Notes under the pieces: generated by a model
What the model saw: the letters and a program-made list of their open reading frames with translations, nothing else
Databases searched by the model: none
Told to the model about the DNA's origin: nothing
Shown: in pieces, positions 13,640 to 27,190 of the stretch
Numbering within the stretch: the stretch's first letter is position 1
How the letters are laid out: each line of letters begins with the position of its first letter
NCBI GenBank assembly: GCA_964016885.1
Contig: OZ024744.1
Span: 81,344,001-81,408,000 of the forward strand
Source: Eledone cirrhosa
Lineage: Eukaryota
Length of the DNA: 64,000 nucleotides
Direction of reading: 5' to 3'
Translations under genes and position numbers: made by a program

Positions 13640-14400
13640 TCTACAGTGAAGGTCTGTACTCCCAAAGCATAGTAACTAGAGTAAAAATGGATTGGAAGCT
13701 GTTCAGGAAACTATTACCCCTGCTGGCAACAAAGGGCTTCTTCCTTCTAATAGTGAAGAGCAAACTATAAGATGCCTGTATGCAAAGTACAATGCTGTAT
13801 GGCAGTGAGACATGGGCCTTAACAACAGAGGATCTGAAAAGACTAGAAAGAAATTAAATGAGTATGCTCCAGGAGTTATGTAACATTAGTGCTCATTAAT
13901 GAGCTGAGAGAAAAACACTGTATAAGAGGAATCAGATGTAGTATACAAGAAAGAAGAAAGTGTTGGTACCAACATGAGATGTGTATGAAAGATGACAGCT
14001 ATATAAAGAAGTGCATGAAACTCACAGTCAATGGAAGCTGTGAAAGAGGTAGATCCAGGAAGACATAGGATGAAATGATGAAGACTAACCTCAAGAAGTT
14101 AACCCTTTAGCATTTACAATTCTCTATATATACTATTGTGTTTTTATGGTAAAGGCTTTATCTTACATAATTATCTCACATAATATCGAATCTATGAAAT
14201 TTTGATGTTATTTATTTTGAGAACAACACTTTAACGTCAGTATGAGTGGTCAGTTACGGCCAGTTTGAATAGAAAGAGGTGAGAGAATTCTGGCCGAATA
14301 TGGCCGGTTTAAATGCTAAAGTGTTAAACCTCATTATGGAAATGATAAAGGTCCACAATAATTGAAGACTTACGGTGCTAAAGATAACCCACCTATCAGC
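13640..14400 (+). mobile_element. Old RTE LINE 3' fragment interrupted by a MITE
   Basis: FRKLLPLLATKGF, MLYGSETWAL, DLKRLERN motifs with stops. Confidence 0.8.
14099..14327 (-). mobile_element. piggyBac-type MITE family 1 nested in RTE
   Basis: TTAA TSD; removal restores ctc aag aag tta aac ctc (LKKLNL). Confidence 0.9.
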
Positions 14401-14589
14401 ATATGACCCTATTAACTCAATCTTTTCTCCATTTCTATTTGCTTCACCCTTGTACTCTTAATTCTCCATCTAAGTTGCAGAATTACACCATCGTCTTTGT
14501 ATGTTAGCATGGGTGAGGAAGAATGAAGGTGGTGGCTGCCTTTTCATGCTGGAAGGAGTTGGACGAGACACATATGCACACACACACAC

Positions 14590-14638
<49 letters not shown>

Positions 14639-14671
14639 TAATCGGTATACAGGGATACCTATATATATATA

Positions 14672-15085
14672 CACACCTCTCCAAGACAATGTCACTGGAC
14701 CGAGATCTTTGGCGCTACACAGTAATACAGAAGACCCGCCTTGCCTAAGTACAAAGCGAAACTTACAGTCAGTAGGCACCTAACCAAAATTACACCCCCA
14801 TCCCATTACCCCTACCCCCACCCCCATCTACACCACCCCTTTCTCTGTAAAGTTATGTTGGTACCACAACATCCTGTCCTAAATAAATGAGGTCGTGTAG
14901 GTGTCACGACAAAAAAACCCACAGTCCACGCTGTAATGTGGTTGGTGTTAGGAAGGGCATCCAGCCATAGAAAACCCGCCAGACAGTCCTATACGAGCAA
15001 GACAACCAATCTTGCCTCATGTGGGACGTCTAAACCCATGCTAGCGTGGAAGATAGACGTTAAACGATGATGATGATGATGATGA

Positions 15086-15088
<3 letters not shown>
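14672..15088 (+). mobile_element. 3' end of the same RTE subfamily as 42048-44093
   Basis: Closely matches 43515-44090 (ccaagacaatgtcactggaccgagatctttgg...), ends in (GAT)n. Confidence 0.9.
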
Positions 15089-15119
<31 letters not shown>

Positions 15120-15120
15120 T

Positions 15121-16380
15121 ATTCGGTATATCGTGATCTCTTCAGACAGCAAAAATTGATTAAAAGGCATTTCTGAGGCAATTTTATGTGGAAGGGAGCG
15201 GACTAAAAAAAGTGTGTTTTTGCTTTGGTTGTCTGCCCTCTTCTGGTTTCAGGTCATCCCGACAGCACTGCGCAGTCGTAGTGGTGTGGGTGGCTGGCCA
15301 CTAAACCTACACCCAGAATACTACCAACCTTGTATGTTCTCTCTATCTACCAGTCTCCCACCTCCTTGGCCGACAACTCGATATGGTCAGTGGGAGTTCA
15401 AGCCAGCCAAAATGTACTGCTAGCTTTGGCAACCAGTATGATTTCGGTGCATTTGCACCAACTATTCGTTTATGGCGGGATAATCACTCGAAAGTGAGAA
15501 AGCTCCCTTCTGTTATGGTTAATATAACTTATGATAGAAAATATTTAAAGTTTCACAACCCGAAAAAATTTCGAAACTTCAGACGTTAAGAGTCCAGACA
15601 GCTAGACAACAGTCAATATGCTAAGGATAAGAATAATATTTGGCCACGTGTTGTGGATGACAGGTAATATTTAAAGTATTTAATTTAACGAGTGTAAAAA
15701 TTAAACCTAAACGAATGTAAAAATTAAAAATTAAACAATCCTACAGTTGGTATCCTAGCCAACCCTGTGGAGACAAAAGATACATTGATGGTTTAAGAGA
15801 AAATGTACACGTAAGGAAGAACGAGGAAAAAAATGAATATCAGGTAAAAGGCTGTTGTATGGAGAATAAGTTGCTTTTGGTTCTCTCATTAATCCGATCA
15901 GAAGTTGATCCATAGTAAATTGTTAGGTATGTTCAACAGCTGGCATATCCTGGGTTGTAGATTGCCTTATTTCATCAGATTGGATTGTATCAAAAAGCGC
16001 TCAACATGGAAGGCAATCTCCTGCCGGGTTCCACCCCACCTCATATAGCTATGGACAGCCTGTGAGGTTCACCCAGCTGCAACTGCACGGACCAAAACTT
16101 CCGAAACACTGAATATAACTGACTCTCTATAACTCGCCCCCACTCAGACATTTATCACAGATTTTTCCTTCTATGTTTCCTGCATTTCCTCTCCTTTTAC
16201 CTTATATTCATTTTTTTAGTCTGCTCCCTTCCACATAAAACTGCCTCAGAAATGTTACCTTTTAATCAATTTTTGCTGTCTGAAAAGATCTCGATGTTTA
16301 TCGTCATTGAAATATATATAACAGCTCAATTAATAAAGGTCTCTAACATCTTCAACTTCGCATTTTCATCTTTATATATG
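15121..16380. mobile_element. Penelope-like relic with inverted terminal segments carrying hammerhead motifs
   Basis: 15135-15211 is the reverse complement of 16211-16290. Right copy: GCTGT-CTGAAAA-stem II-GAAA-TATATA-TA-ACAGC. Left copy retains CTGAAGA but is truncated. Confidence 0.6.
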
Positions 16381-17597
16381 TCATCTGGTGGTCCCTAAGG
16401 AAACTGGGTGTTGAGGAATGGCTTGTGAGGACAGTGCAAACTTAGTACAGAGGTGCTGTCAGTAAAGTGAGAGTAGGAATGGAGCTTAGTGAGGAATTCC
16501 AGATACAACTAAGAGTACATCAGGGTTCGGCCCTCAGCCCACTCTTGTTCATTATAGTCCTCCAAGCCATAACAGAGGAGTTTAAGACTGGCTGTCCATG
16601 GGAACTTCTCTATGCTGACGATCTGGTTCTTATAGCAGAATCAGTAGAGGAGCTAGAGAATAAATTCTGGCTATGGAAACAGCAGTTGGAATTAAGAGGA
16701 CTGAGAGTGAACCTAGCTAAGACAAAAGTGTTGATAAGTAGAAAAGAGGACAAAACTCTGATTCCATCAGGGAAATGGCCATGTTCGATATGCAGAAAAG
16801 GAACTGGCATAAATTCTATAAAATGTACACAATGCAGATCTTGGGTACACAAGAGATGTAGTGGGATAGCAGGCAAACTAAAAGGTAGGGAGAAATACGT
16901 ATGCAGTAGATGTACAGGGAAATTAGACAGTAGAAGTCACATTGATAGGCACATTTTTCAAATGTAGGTGGGTTCTATAGAAGTGGTTGATAGCTTCCGG
17001 TACCTAGGTGATCAGATTAGCATGGGAGGGGGTGTTCCGAGGCCATAGTATCTAGAATAAGGACGGGTTGGAAGAAGTTTAGGGAGCTGCTTCCGCTGCT
17101 GACGAAGAAGGGTTTCTCCCTGCGTACGAAAGGCCAGTTATATGAAGCCTGTGTGAGGTGCGCGATGCTGCATGGTAGTGAGACATGGGCAGCAACTGCA
17201 GAGGATATGTGACGGCTGGAGAGAAAAGAGGCGAGCATGCTCCGTTGGATGTGCAATGTCAATGTGTGAACAACCGAGCATGGATGTGTTGAGAGAGAAA
17301 CTGTGTTTGAGAGAGATAAATTGTAGTGTGTGGGTGAGGAGACTGTGATGGTATGGACATGTGATGCGCATGGAGGATGACCGATGGGTAAAGAAGTGCC
17401 AAGAAATGCCAGTTGAAGGAAGACGTAGTACAAGAAGACCACGAAAAACATGAGCAGAGGTGGTGAGAGCAGACCTCAGGTCGCTGAAGCTAACGGTGGA
17501 GATGACGAAGTACCGTGACAAGTGGAGAGATGCTGTGCTGAATAGGACCCGTCCCACCCTTGCAAGCAGGGAATAGCGGACGTATGATGATGATGAT
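16381..17597 (+). mobile_element. RTE-clade LINE, 5'-truncated, with stops
   Basis: VHQGSALSPLLF, ELLYADDLVL, C4HC3 finger, FRYLG, MLHGSETW, RPRKT, (GAT)n tail. Confidence 0.95.
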
Positions 17598-18344
17598 ATA
17601 TATATATAGCAATAGACTTCAATTGTAGACAAGGTAGACTACACTATTATAACTGCAGAAAGATAAGCATACAAATAACTACACATATACATACATGCCT
17701 ATCTATCCTTAGGCTTATTGAATGCAGTGGTGTCCACATACTGGAAAATCGGTGGTTGTATATTCTTTAGCTAAAAGAATTTAATTTAATCACTTAAATT
17801 TAAAGTAGCTGCTAATTTGGTGAATTGACAATAATAGTGTGGTGGCAACAGCTTTAACAATGACATTTACACCACTACATAATTTACAAAGAAAAACCAG
17901 AAGCAAATACTGAAGGTTCTTATCTGAAGCATACTACTACTACTACTATACTATATTATATTATATTATATTATATTATACAATAAAATGCAGGCAGCCC
18001 ACTCTTTCTCTCATGTGATAGTACTGGTGCCACAATAAATGCACCCAGCTAATTCTGCAAAGTACATATCCTGATGTTTTATGAAAGCGATAGTAATATC
18101 CAGTTTCCTCACCAAACTATAGAAATGTGATATTTATGGATTGACGAAGAAATGAGTCAAGTGGATGAAAGCTATGCTGAAGAAGAACCATCTAGATTAT
18201 GCAAACATGGAAAAACAGACGAGAGAAATAGATGTCTAATAATGATAAGGATGTACTCACTCCACCTCTTTATACACCTTACCTATCCAACCCAAGAATG
18301 CGTGCATAGAAAGCCAAACATGCTCCACACCTACTCTCCAACCG

Positions 18345-18700
18345 TACTGGTGCCATGATAAAAAGCAACCAGTCAGTTATAGTGCTGGTACCACCACACC
18401 AAAAAGAACCCAGTCCTTCCCTGTAAGGTGGTCATGCGAGTGCTATGACGTAAGGCACCCATTCCACCCTGTTAGGTGGTCATGCTGGTGCCAAAACAAA
18501 AAGGACCCACAGAGAAAGTTTCCAGTACAGATTATAATGTACTTGTTATTAGGAAGGGCATCCAACTGTAGAAACCATGCCAAAATCAGGTCTGTATTAG
18601 CAAGACTTAGTCATCTGACATGGCTAGCCTCATAGCTTGACAACTGATCTAACACATGCAAGCATGGAAAATAGACAAAGGATGATGATGATGATGATGA
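18345..18700 (+). mobile_element. Family C retroposon, degraded
   Basis: Repeated aaaagcacccag units, aggaagggcatcca motif and (GAT)n tail. Confidence 0.65.
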
Positions 18701-19859
18701 TGGTAAATCATCATCATCATATATATATAGATATATATATATGTATATCTTTGGCATGGCTGAATAGTTAAGGAGTTCGCTTCACAACCAGTTAGTTCTG
18801 GATTCAGTTTCGCTGCATAGCAATTAGGGCAAGTATTTCCTACTACAGCCGTGTGTGTGTGTTTGTATTCAACCAAAGAGAGCGATTCAATAAAAGAGAG
18901 ATTGATGAAATATGTAATTACTGGGGTATTTATTATTGACTAAAATCACTGTCCCAGCATATCACAGTTTAATGAAAGAGTGAAAAAAAGAAAGATGAGC
19001 TTTGACTGCAAAAGATCTGCAACAGTTAGAAAGATATGAAGTATGTTCCTGTGGATGTGTAATGTTTATGTGCATAAACAACATAGCATAAGTAAGCTAA
19101 GAGAAAAACTAAGCATGAAGAAATGCAGAGTAATCTCAGTGAATGGGATTCGTGGAAGAAGTAGATCTAGGAAGATATAGGATAAAGTAGTAAAGACTGA
19201 CCTTAGGAAGCTGAACTTCACAACAGAGATGACAAAGGACACCAAAGATTAGTGCCATGTGGTATTGAAAAAGACTCACTCACTAGTGTAAAAATGTAAA
19301 CACAACCTGACCTGTTCCCACACACCCTCTACCATTGCTTAGCATCATCATTGTTTTTGCATCTGCATTCCATGCTGGCATGGATTCAACGGATTGTCAT
19401 GGTTTATGTATGACCAGACAGGTCAGTGTGACCTCATCTTGCTCATATGTTTCATATTTGGTATAGTTTCTATGACTAGATGTCCTTCCTAAAACCAAAC
19501 ACTTTTCAGGGTTTATTGGATGTATTTCTTCTTGACATGAGCACTACCATTTTACAGGCTGGACTGCATATGTTTTAACTATTACTGTATGACCCAGGAT
19601 CCCCTCATCCATTTTTATCACATTGATAAATCCTGTCACACCAGTCATACCTCCTAAGTAACTGTTCTCAATATCATAGTATCCACCCCTCCCATTAAAT
19701 CTGAGATCACCTCCTAATCCTTTCCTCTCTTAACCACCTATTGTCATTCACCCATGACATCATACTAACTTTTTTTACTTTTCCCCTCCCTTGTCCTGAA
19801 CACATCTCACAGGGTAGAGAAAGTTCCTCAGTTGAGTCAATAATCAACAACTTCCATAG

Positions 19860-20220
19860 TGCTAGTGCCATGATAAAAAGCACCCAGTACTCAATGTTAA
19901 GTAACTGACAATAGGAAGAGTATACAGCTGTAGAAAACTTGCCAAATGGTTGAAAGAACTCTCCAGTTGGGTCAAAGGCACACCAACCTCCTTAGTGTTG
20001 GTGTCACGATAAAATAGACTTGGTACACTCTGTAAAGTGGCTAATGATAGGAAGTGCATCCAGCCATAGAAACCATGCCATGACTTTAATGTAAGTAAAC
20101 AAGATGTGGACCCCAAGCTTGTCAGTAAGAGGACAGTAACTCCGATTAAGTACTGACTTGTTCTGTAATGATTCATCCACCATATTCCAGCATGGAAAAG
20201 TGGATGTTAAATGATATTGA
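19860..20220 (+). mobile_element. Family C retroposon, degraded
   Basis: Two aggaag.gcat.cagc..tagaaa motifs and the ccagcatggaaaagtggatgttaaatgat tail. Confidence 0.6.
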
Positions 20221-21881
20221 TATATATGAACCATTGTCTGTGTGTTTCTCTAAGTGTATATATAGTTGGTAATCAATGTGTGTGTGTGTGTGTGTGAATA
20301 ATAAGAACTATCAAAAACTTGCAATATATTAAGTTACTTAAGTACTTCTAGATATGTCTGCATTCAACCAGGATGGTTTGAACTATCTCTAACTAATGTA
20401 TCCACAGTGAAACGAACAGAGGCTATCCATTTATGGTGATAAGATGTTCCATGCAGATATTATTAGACAATCAAAATTGCAATGGCGGACACCGTATGAT
20501 GATAGCTCAAGATCTGATTGATCGGGCCAATCAATGTTTTTAACTGTACCCTTTTCCATGCTTATGCTTATATGGGTTAGACGGGTCGTCCACACTGGGA
20601 GACAAGTCTGGCCAGAGTTGACCACGCTGTACCTTGCTCCGACAAGGACCCTAAATTTGGCGAGTATTTTACATCTGGATACCCTTCTTAACACCAACCA
20701 CATTTACAGTGTGGAGAAGTGAAAAAAACACTACATGTTAATATCTGGCAATGTGTAAGAATTAACTAATTTCTGGCAAATAGTCACACAAACCCTCTTC
20801 ATTTCAGGTGCAGAAATCAACTGTTAAGCCACCAACCAATAAGCTCTATATGCCAAATTCAAAACTTTAAGGCTGTTGCTATTAGTGTAGCCATGATAAA
20901 AGGTAGACATCAGGAAACAATGTGGAAATGTTAGAGTGAAAACAAGTGGATGTGAACTGTACAAGAGGCAAGATCATCATCATCATTTTACGTCCGCTTT
21001 TCCCTGCTTGCAAGGGTATGGCATGGAAAAATGTATTAATTCTTCTGGGTGGCTTATACTGATGGCGGTAAAGGTGGGGACAGAGTAAGCATATTGTTAA
21101 CAGAGAAATAGATCATTATGATTTAATATCCCTACCAGCAATGGTTGGATGGGTCATCATAGACAAAGTTAGTATTCAAACAGGGCTACTGACCTCTCAG
21201 ATGAGCCGGGGCCCAGCTTCTTATTTTCATATATTTCCATTCTCTATCGATTCTTCAGATGGACGGGATGACCCTCATCTCACTTACTGAACTCTATCAA
21301 ATGCATTTTATCATGGCACCAACACTAGGGAGGTTGTCATATCTTTTACACAGTTGAAGAGTCCTCTCAACAGTAGTCAGTATAATCAATAGTATTATTA
21401 AGCTTAAATTAATCATAAACAAAACAATAATGATGATTATCTCTGAATACACACTTCAAGTAGAGCTGGCAAATGAAGTGAAGGAGCACTTTTATGGGCC
21501 CTTCCTACAGACTACCTCAGAAACACATGATGGTGACATCATTATCATGGCTGGTGATTGATTTTAATGGACATATTAGGCAACATCTTGACACTTCTGC
21601 TGGTGTACATGGCTATGGTATGAGAAATGAGGAGAGTTAAAGGATCCTTGCTAGTCACCTAATCACATATCAATCAGGTGATCACACAAGCCAGATAGAC
21701 TATTCTCCCCAGCAGATTGTTGTAAATGCTATGGCTTTCCCTGTTGCAGAATGTACAACAAGAAATATATTAGTGAGTAGTGATTTCAGAGTAAGAGCTA
21801 GGAGGACTCATAGATAAAGGACAACTTGACTAGCCATATATTCAGAGAAATTCTAGTTAACATATATTATATAAAAGAGGA

Positions 21882-22065
21882 CGGTGGATTGGCAGTATCA
21901 GTAGAGGATCGGACGCCATGCTTTGACGCATAGAGTTACGGCCCTTGCCATTCTGAGTTCAAATCCCGCCAAGGTTAACTTTGCCTTTCATCCTTACGGG
22001 GTCGATAAAATAAAGTACCAGTAATGTACTGGGTAATTGCTGGCCTTGTGCCAATAGTAGAAACA
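21882..22065 (+). mobile_element. Full-length SINE family B with 16-bp TSD
   Basis: B box gagttcaaatccc; core tttgcctttcatccttacggggtcgataaaataaagtaccag; TSD attatataaaagagga at 21866-21881 and 22066-22081. Confidence 0.92.
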
Positions 22066-22502
22066 ATTATATAAAAGAGGAGACTGAGATGTATAACAAT
22101 GGAAATTTGGAGACAACCTGCTGAAAGATACAGCCCAGATCTGTGCCTGATACTAAGTCTCAACCAGATGGAAGGCGACATGGAGGTGGAATACTATTGT
22201 AGATAAAACCATAAAAACTAAGAGACAGGCTTGAAAAAACTAGAAGAATGGGAGTATGCCTACTAACTAAAAGAGAAGTTAGGCCTCGGATGTGCATAAC
22301 TAAGGAAGACATAGAAAGCAGAAGGCTTGCATATGTTCTACAGCATGAAGATCAAAATAGTGAGGGATTCTGAATTGTAAGACAATGTGTTAGACAAAAC
22401 TGAAGTGTTGTTGAGGAGAAATGTATTCAGAATGAATACAGCACACATGCTCTTACTGGTGCTAAAAAATAAGAGGAAGCACTATTATGAGAGATAATTG
22501 AA

Positions 22503-22713
22503 TTAACCCTTTAGCATTTACATTACTCTATATATACTATTGTATTTTCATGATAAAGGCTTTATCTCATAATATCGAATCTATGAGATTTTGATATTTA
22601 TTTTGAGAACAATACCTTAACATAAGTATGAGCAGCCAGGTATGGCCGGTTTGAACAGAAAGAGGTGAGAGAATTCTGGCCGGATATGGCCGGTTTGAAT
22701 GCTAAAGGGTTAA
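22503..22713 (-). mobile_element. piggyBac-type MITE family 1 nested in RTE
   Basis: TTAA TSD and TIRs. Confidence 0.92.
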
Positions 22714-23654
22714 GAGAATGCATGGGAGTGAACAAGCTTACCCCAAGTCGACCCAACAAGTGAACTAGCCATCAATGTTCACAACAGTATGGTAGTTAAA
22801 GCACTTAAGGATATGAAGGCAGGAAGACAGCTAGACCATCAGGTATAGCTGCAGAGATTCTGAAAATATCTGGTATGATAAGTCACATGCATTATCAATC
22901 AGGTAGTACAGGAGTTATACACAATGACTGGTGAAGCAGCAGTATCAACTGCTAAAGAAACTATAGAGGCAACAAATTGATGGACCAGATTATGAAAGCT
23001 ATTGATTAGGAAAAGAATTAGCCTAAATGAGACGTAATTTGGCTTTGTACCAAGAAGAGATATTACTAATGCTCTGTAATCTGGTGGGCACAAACGAAGC
23101 CAGGGATAGATAGATGGCTTATGAGGCCTGTATAAGGCATGAACAGAGGTGCTGTCAGCAATGTGAGAGTTAGGAATGAGTACAGTAACAAATTTAGGGT
23201 GCATGTAGGGGCCTTTCAAAGATTTGTCCTCAGCCCCCTTTTGTTTATTGTAATCCTCCAGGCCATAACAGAGGACTGGTTGTCTGTGGGAACTCCTTAT
23301 ACTGATGACCTAATCCTTATAGCTGAATCTGTAATAGATTTAGGAAAGAAATTTCAGACATTGAAGCAAAACCTGGAATCGAAAGGCCTGAAAGTAAACT
23401 TATCAAAGGCCAATGTTTAGTAAGTAAGAAAGAAAACAAAATCCTGATACTCTCAAAGAAATGGTTATGTTCAATATGCAGAAAATGAGTAGCTGAGAAT
23501 TTTGCATGGTGTAACTAGAGAAACCTATGGAAGCAGAAGAGATTCCTATGGGATCACAGATTGCAACTTGGAACATAAATGATAAGACTGCAATGATAAG
23601 AACACATCATACACAATGACTGGTGAAGCAGCAGCATCAACTGCTACCCCACCC

Positions 23655-24092
23655 CACATATAGGTCTCACAACAAAGAGTGCCCAGTCCACACTCGTGTG
23701 GTTGTGTAGGTGTCATGACAAAAAGCACACAGCCCACACTGTAAAATAGTCGTGTAGATGTCATGACAAAAAGTACACAGCCCACACTGTAAGGTGGTCG
23801 TGTAGCTGTCACAACAAAAATCACACAGCCCATACTGCAAAGTGGTTGTGTAGGTGACACAACAAAAAGCACCCAGACCACACTGCAAAGTGGTTGTGTA
23901 GGTATCACGACAAAAAGCTCTCAGTACTCACTGTAAATGAGGTTGGCATTAGGAAGGGCATACAGCTGTAGAAACCAAGCCAAAATCAGTTCTGTATGAG
24001 CAACACAGTCACCTGAACTAGCATTGCCCACAACAGGATAACTCGTCTAACCCATGCTAGTGTGGAAAATGGGCGTAAAACAGTGATGATCA
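23655..24092 (+). mobile_element. Family C retroposon with about 6-7 tandem ~46-bp units
   Basis: acaaaaagcacacagcccacactgtaaagtggtcgtgtaggtgtca repeated, then aggaagggcat motif and tail. Confidence 0.85.
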
Positions 24093-24561
24093 TATAAGTT
24101 GGTAAAAGATTTAATCCATAGCTCTATCATTTCTGCCATTACACAAGAATTTAACTTGACTTACTTTATTAAAAGCATCAAGGGAGCCTCTATGTGGTCA
24201 TTTGACCTAGAAATAGCAACAAAATTTTCTTGAATCCTATCCTAATTTTTCATTTCAACCCACCTGAAAGAGCCCCTGGTTCTACACAATACAAAATTTT
24301 ATTTTAAAGTGTTTATATTCTCTCTAAAAGCCTTTCATTATAATTTTAAATTATGTTTCAAACACTGATAATTATATTACAAAATTCCTTGAAATTCTTG
24401 ATTATTTTCAAAATTAATTTAAAATAATAGGCAGTGTCTGTCATTGAAAATATAGTAACGAAATGGTTAAAACATCGGAGACACAATGGATAATGTAAGC
24501 CTAGATATACAAGAAGACATAATGGTTATAGCTGAAATGCTTTTCAATTATAGGTCTACAT

Positions 24562-24745
24562 ATAGGGCAGTATCAGTAGATTGGCAGTATCAGTAGAGGG
24601 TCAGACGCCATGCTTTCTCTTTACGGTCTGAACTCAAATCCCGTCGAGGTTAACTTTGCCTTTTGTCCTTACGGGTCGATAAAATAAAGTACCAGTAATG
24701 TACTGGGATAATTGCTGGCCTTGTGCCAAAAGTAGAAACAATTAT
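24562..24745 (+). mobile_element. SINE family B with TSD
   Basis: TSD caattataggtctacat at 24545-24561 and 24739-24755. Confidence 0.88.
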
Positions 24746-25091
24746 AGGTCTACATCAGAATTAATCTGAGGTAGAACAGCAACTACTACTTTAACCCTTT
24801 ATCACTTAAATCGGTCGTATCCGGCCAGAATTCTCTAACGTCTTTCTGTTCAAACCAGTTGTAAACAGCTGCTCATACTGATGTTAAGGTATGAGTATAG
24901 CAGTTAGTACCGAGTCTGAGTGGTTGAACACAACATGGATGATGACAGAACTAGAGATGAATGAGTTAAGAGTCCCTGAGTGGAGGTGGCATATGCCCAG
25001 CAAGCTCCAAGAAGCAGCAGTAATACAAGTTAAAATCATCCATTTTCATCATGAAACAATGTAATTTTTTTTTTTTTTTTCATTTTCATAT

Positions 25092-25425
25092 GGAGGCACA
25101 TGGCTTAGTGGTTAGAGAATTGGCCTTGCAATCGACAGGTTGTGAGTTCAATTCTCAGACCGGGTGATGTGTTGTGTCCTTGAGCAAGACACTTTATTTC
25201 ACATTGCTCCAGTTTACTCAGCTGTAGAAATGAGATGATAGGACTGGGGTCCCTATCATTCCACTGTAAAGTGGTCGTGTAGGCGCCACGGCAAAAAAAG
25301 CACCCAGCACTCACTGTAAATGAGGTTGGTGTTAGGAAGGGCATCCAGCTGTAGAAATCAAGCCAGAATCAGTTCCAGTCCCACCCTTGCAAGCAGGGAA
25401 AAGTGGACGTAAAATGATAATTATG
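25092..25425 (+). mobile_element. Composite SINE: tRNA head + CORE-like segment + family C module + RTE tail
   Basis: tggcttagtggttag (A box), gagttcaattc (B box), gtccttgagcaagacacttta, aggaagggcatccag. Tail gtcccacccttgcaagcagggaa is identical to the RTE end at 17551. Confidence 0.75.
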
Positions 25426-25919
25426 ATTTCAGTTAAGTTCTTAGCTTGAAAGTTGGAAATCCCGATTGTGCATTCGATATTATATTTACATCTATTTTTT
25501 GTTGTTATTTTAAGTTGTTTAATTTGTTATGATGATGAGTCCTATGTCAGTTTCAATGATGAGAATTCAGTTGTTCACTCAACTGAAAATACAACAGCTG
25601 AATTAACATCTAAGTGGTTGAGTATCCCACATACACAATTCCCAAGCTGAATCAGTGTCACAATATGTGACAAGGCTGGACCTTTGAATTACAGGTACAG
25701 TCTATCTGATACTCTATCTACCACACCATTTCCATCTACCCAGTAAATGCAAACAAAATTTAAATAAATATAATGATTTTAAAATCAATGACTATAAAAA
25801 CCAGTTACAGCTTGCATTTGTAATATATATTACAAAAAGCACCCAGTCCACACTATAAAGTGGTCATATAGGTGTCACAACTAAAAGCACCTAGTCCACA
25901 CTGTAAATATGGTTGGCAT

Positions 25920-26108
25920 TATGAAGTTCATAGGCTGACCAAGAAACTCTCATGGAATGACCAAATGAGGTTTATTTTTCAACACAGTCCCTGGAAAGAA
26001 ACAATGCGGTTGTTAATAAGAAGAATTGAAATTAATGCATGCAAGATTTCACAGCTCAAGCATCATTTCTTCATAATCAGCCTATGAAGTTTTCAGCCCA
26101 CCCTCGTG
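25920..26108. mobile_element. Mariner-type MITE fragment
   Basis: ttcataggctga / tcagcctatgaa inverted; ends ttttcagcccaccctcgt. Confidence 0.55.
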
Positions 26109-27190
26109 TATTAAAACTGAACCTTTTTTTTTCTATTGCTGATACACTCTGCTAATCACAACTCTTTACAGAAGCATTACCACTTTTCCAGTGACAGGAA
26201 GCTGGATTTGAACTTACAAGTCACAGAGCTGGAACAGACACTGCAAAGTATCCTGTTTGAATCTTTAACAATTTTGTCAATTCACTGCCCTGTGGACTGG
26301 TACATAGTCTATTAACCCTGAAAGGGTGAAATGCAAAGTTCACTCTCTCGGACCAGTGAGAGCTGGAAAAAATAACTTGGTGTTTTAAGCTGATACACTA
26401 ACAACTCTGCCAAATTTAAGTTTCCAGTAATAGCAGAGAATCTTTTTCTTCTTTGCCTTTACTGTAGAATTTAATTAATATCCATTTGAAAAAAATGGTT
26501 TTCAAGAATTGGCATAATTTACAATAACTGAGCTTGGTACCAAAAATATTTTCTGCAAATTTTGTTTAATCATAGCTGATACACCACTATTCAACACATT
26601 TCGATATTGTTACAAATAAATAATAATAATGGTTTCTGATTTAGGCACAAGGCCAACAATTTGAAGAGAAGAGGAAAGTCAATTAAATTGACCCTAGTAC
26701 GTTACAGGTACAGGATGAAAAAGTACATCTAACCTTGGCGAGATTTGAACTTAGAAAGTAAAGGGTTAAGATTCAGAATTTGGTTTAGTTAATTTCTATC
26801 CTTAATAAAGACACAAGTGGATGTATAAGAATGAAACCAAACACTACAAAGTATTTAGTCTAGTGCTCCACTTCCTCTGTCACAATTTTGTTTTTATTAG
26901 CCAGACAGACAGACTCATAAACCTCGTGCTGTACTTCGTTATGAACTCTGTAGTGAAATAAAATCCCCCCTTGGCATAGTATACATCTCATTCACAGGTA
27001 ATATTTCAAGATATAACTAATGCCATCTGTCAGCTAGGTAAACTTTTGGAGAATTTGGTGTCTTGAACAAATATGGAGTGAAACACTTTCAGTATTGATA
27101 ATCCACTTGGTCATTTTACACCTAGATTTTTTTATATATAGAAAAATAGTTAAGAAAAATTAGCTATTTGTTAGAAATACAATTAAATAT

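Larger units (their letters stand above)
21430..23590 (+). mobile_element. Old RTE LINE (endonuclease to RT), fragmented, with nested SINE and MITE
   Basis: AGD-FNGHI, RNEE, SQIDY (EN-like); VLSPLLFIVILQAITE, YTDDLILIAES, LESKGLKVN (RT). Confidence 0.8.

Noticed and set aside
23655-23940. Regularly spaced ~46-bp repeats resembling a CRISPR array
   Set aside because: Units are contiguous diverged copies without unique spacers, part of a retroposon, with no cas genes and a eukaryotic context.
25092-25165. tRNA-like A/B boxes (also at 140, 18752, 21882, 34655)
   Set aside because: They continue into SINE bodies and do not form complete cloverleaves.
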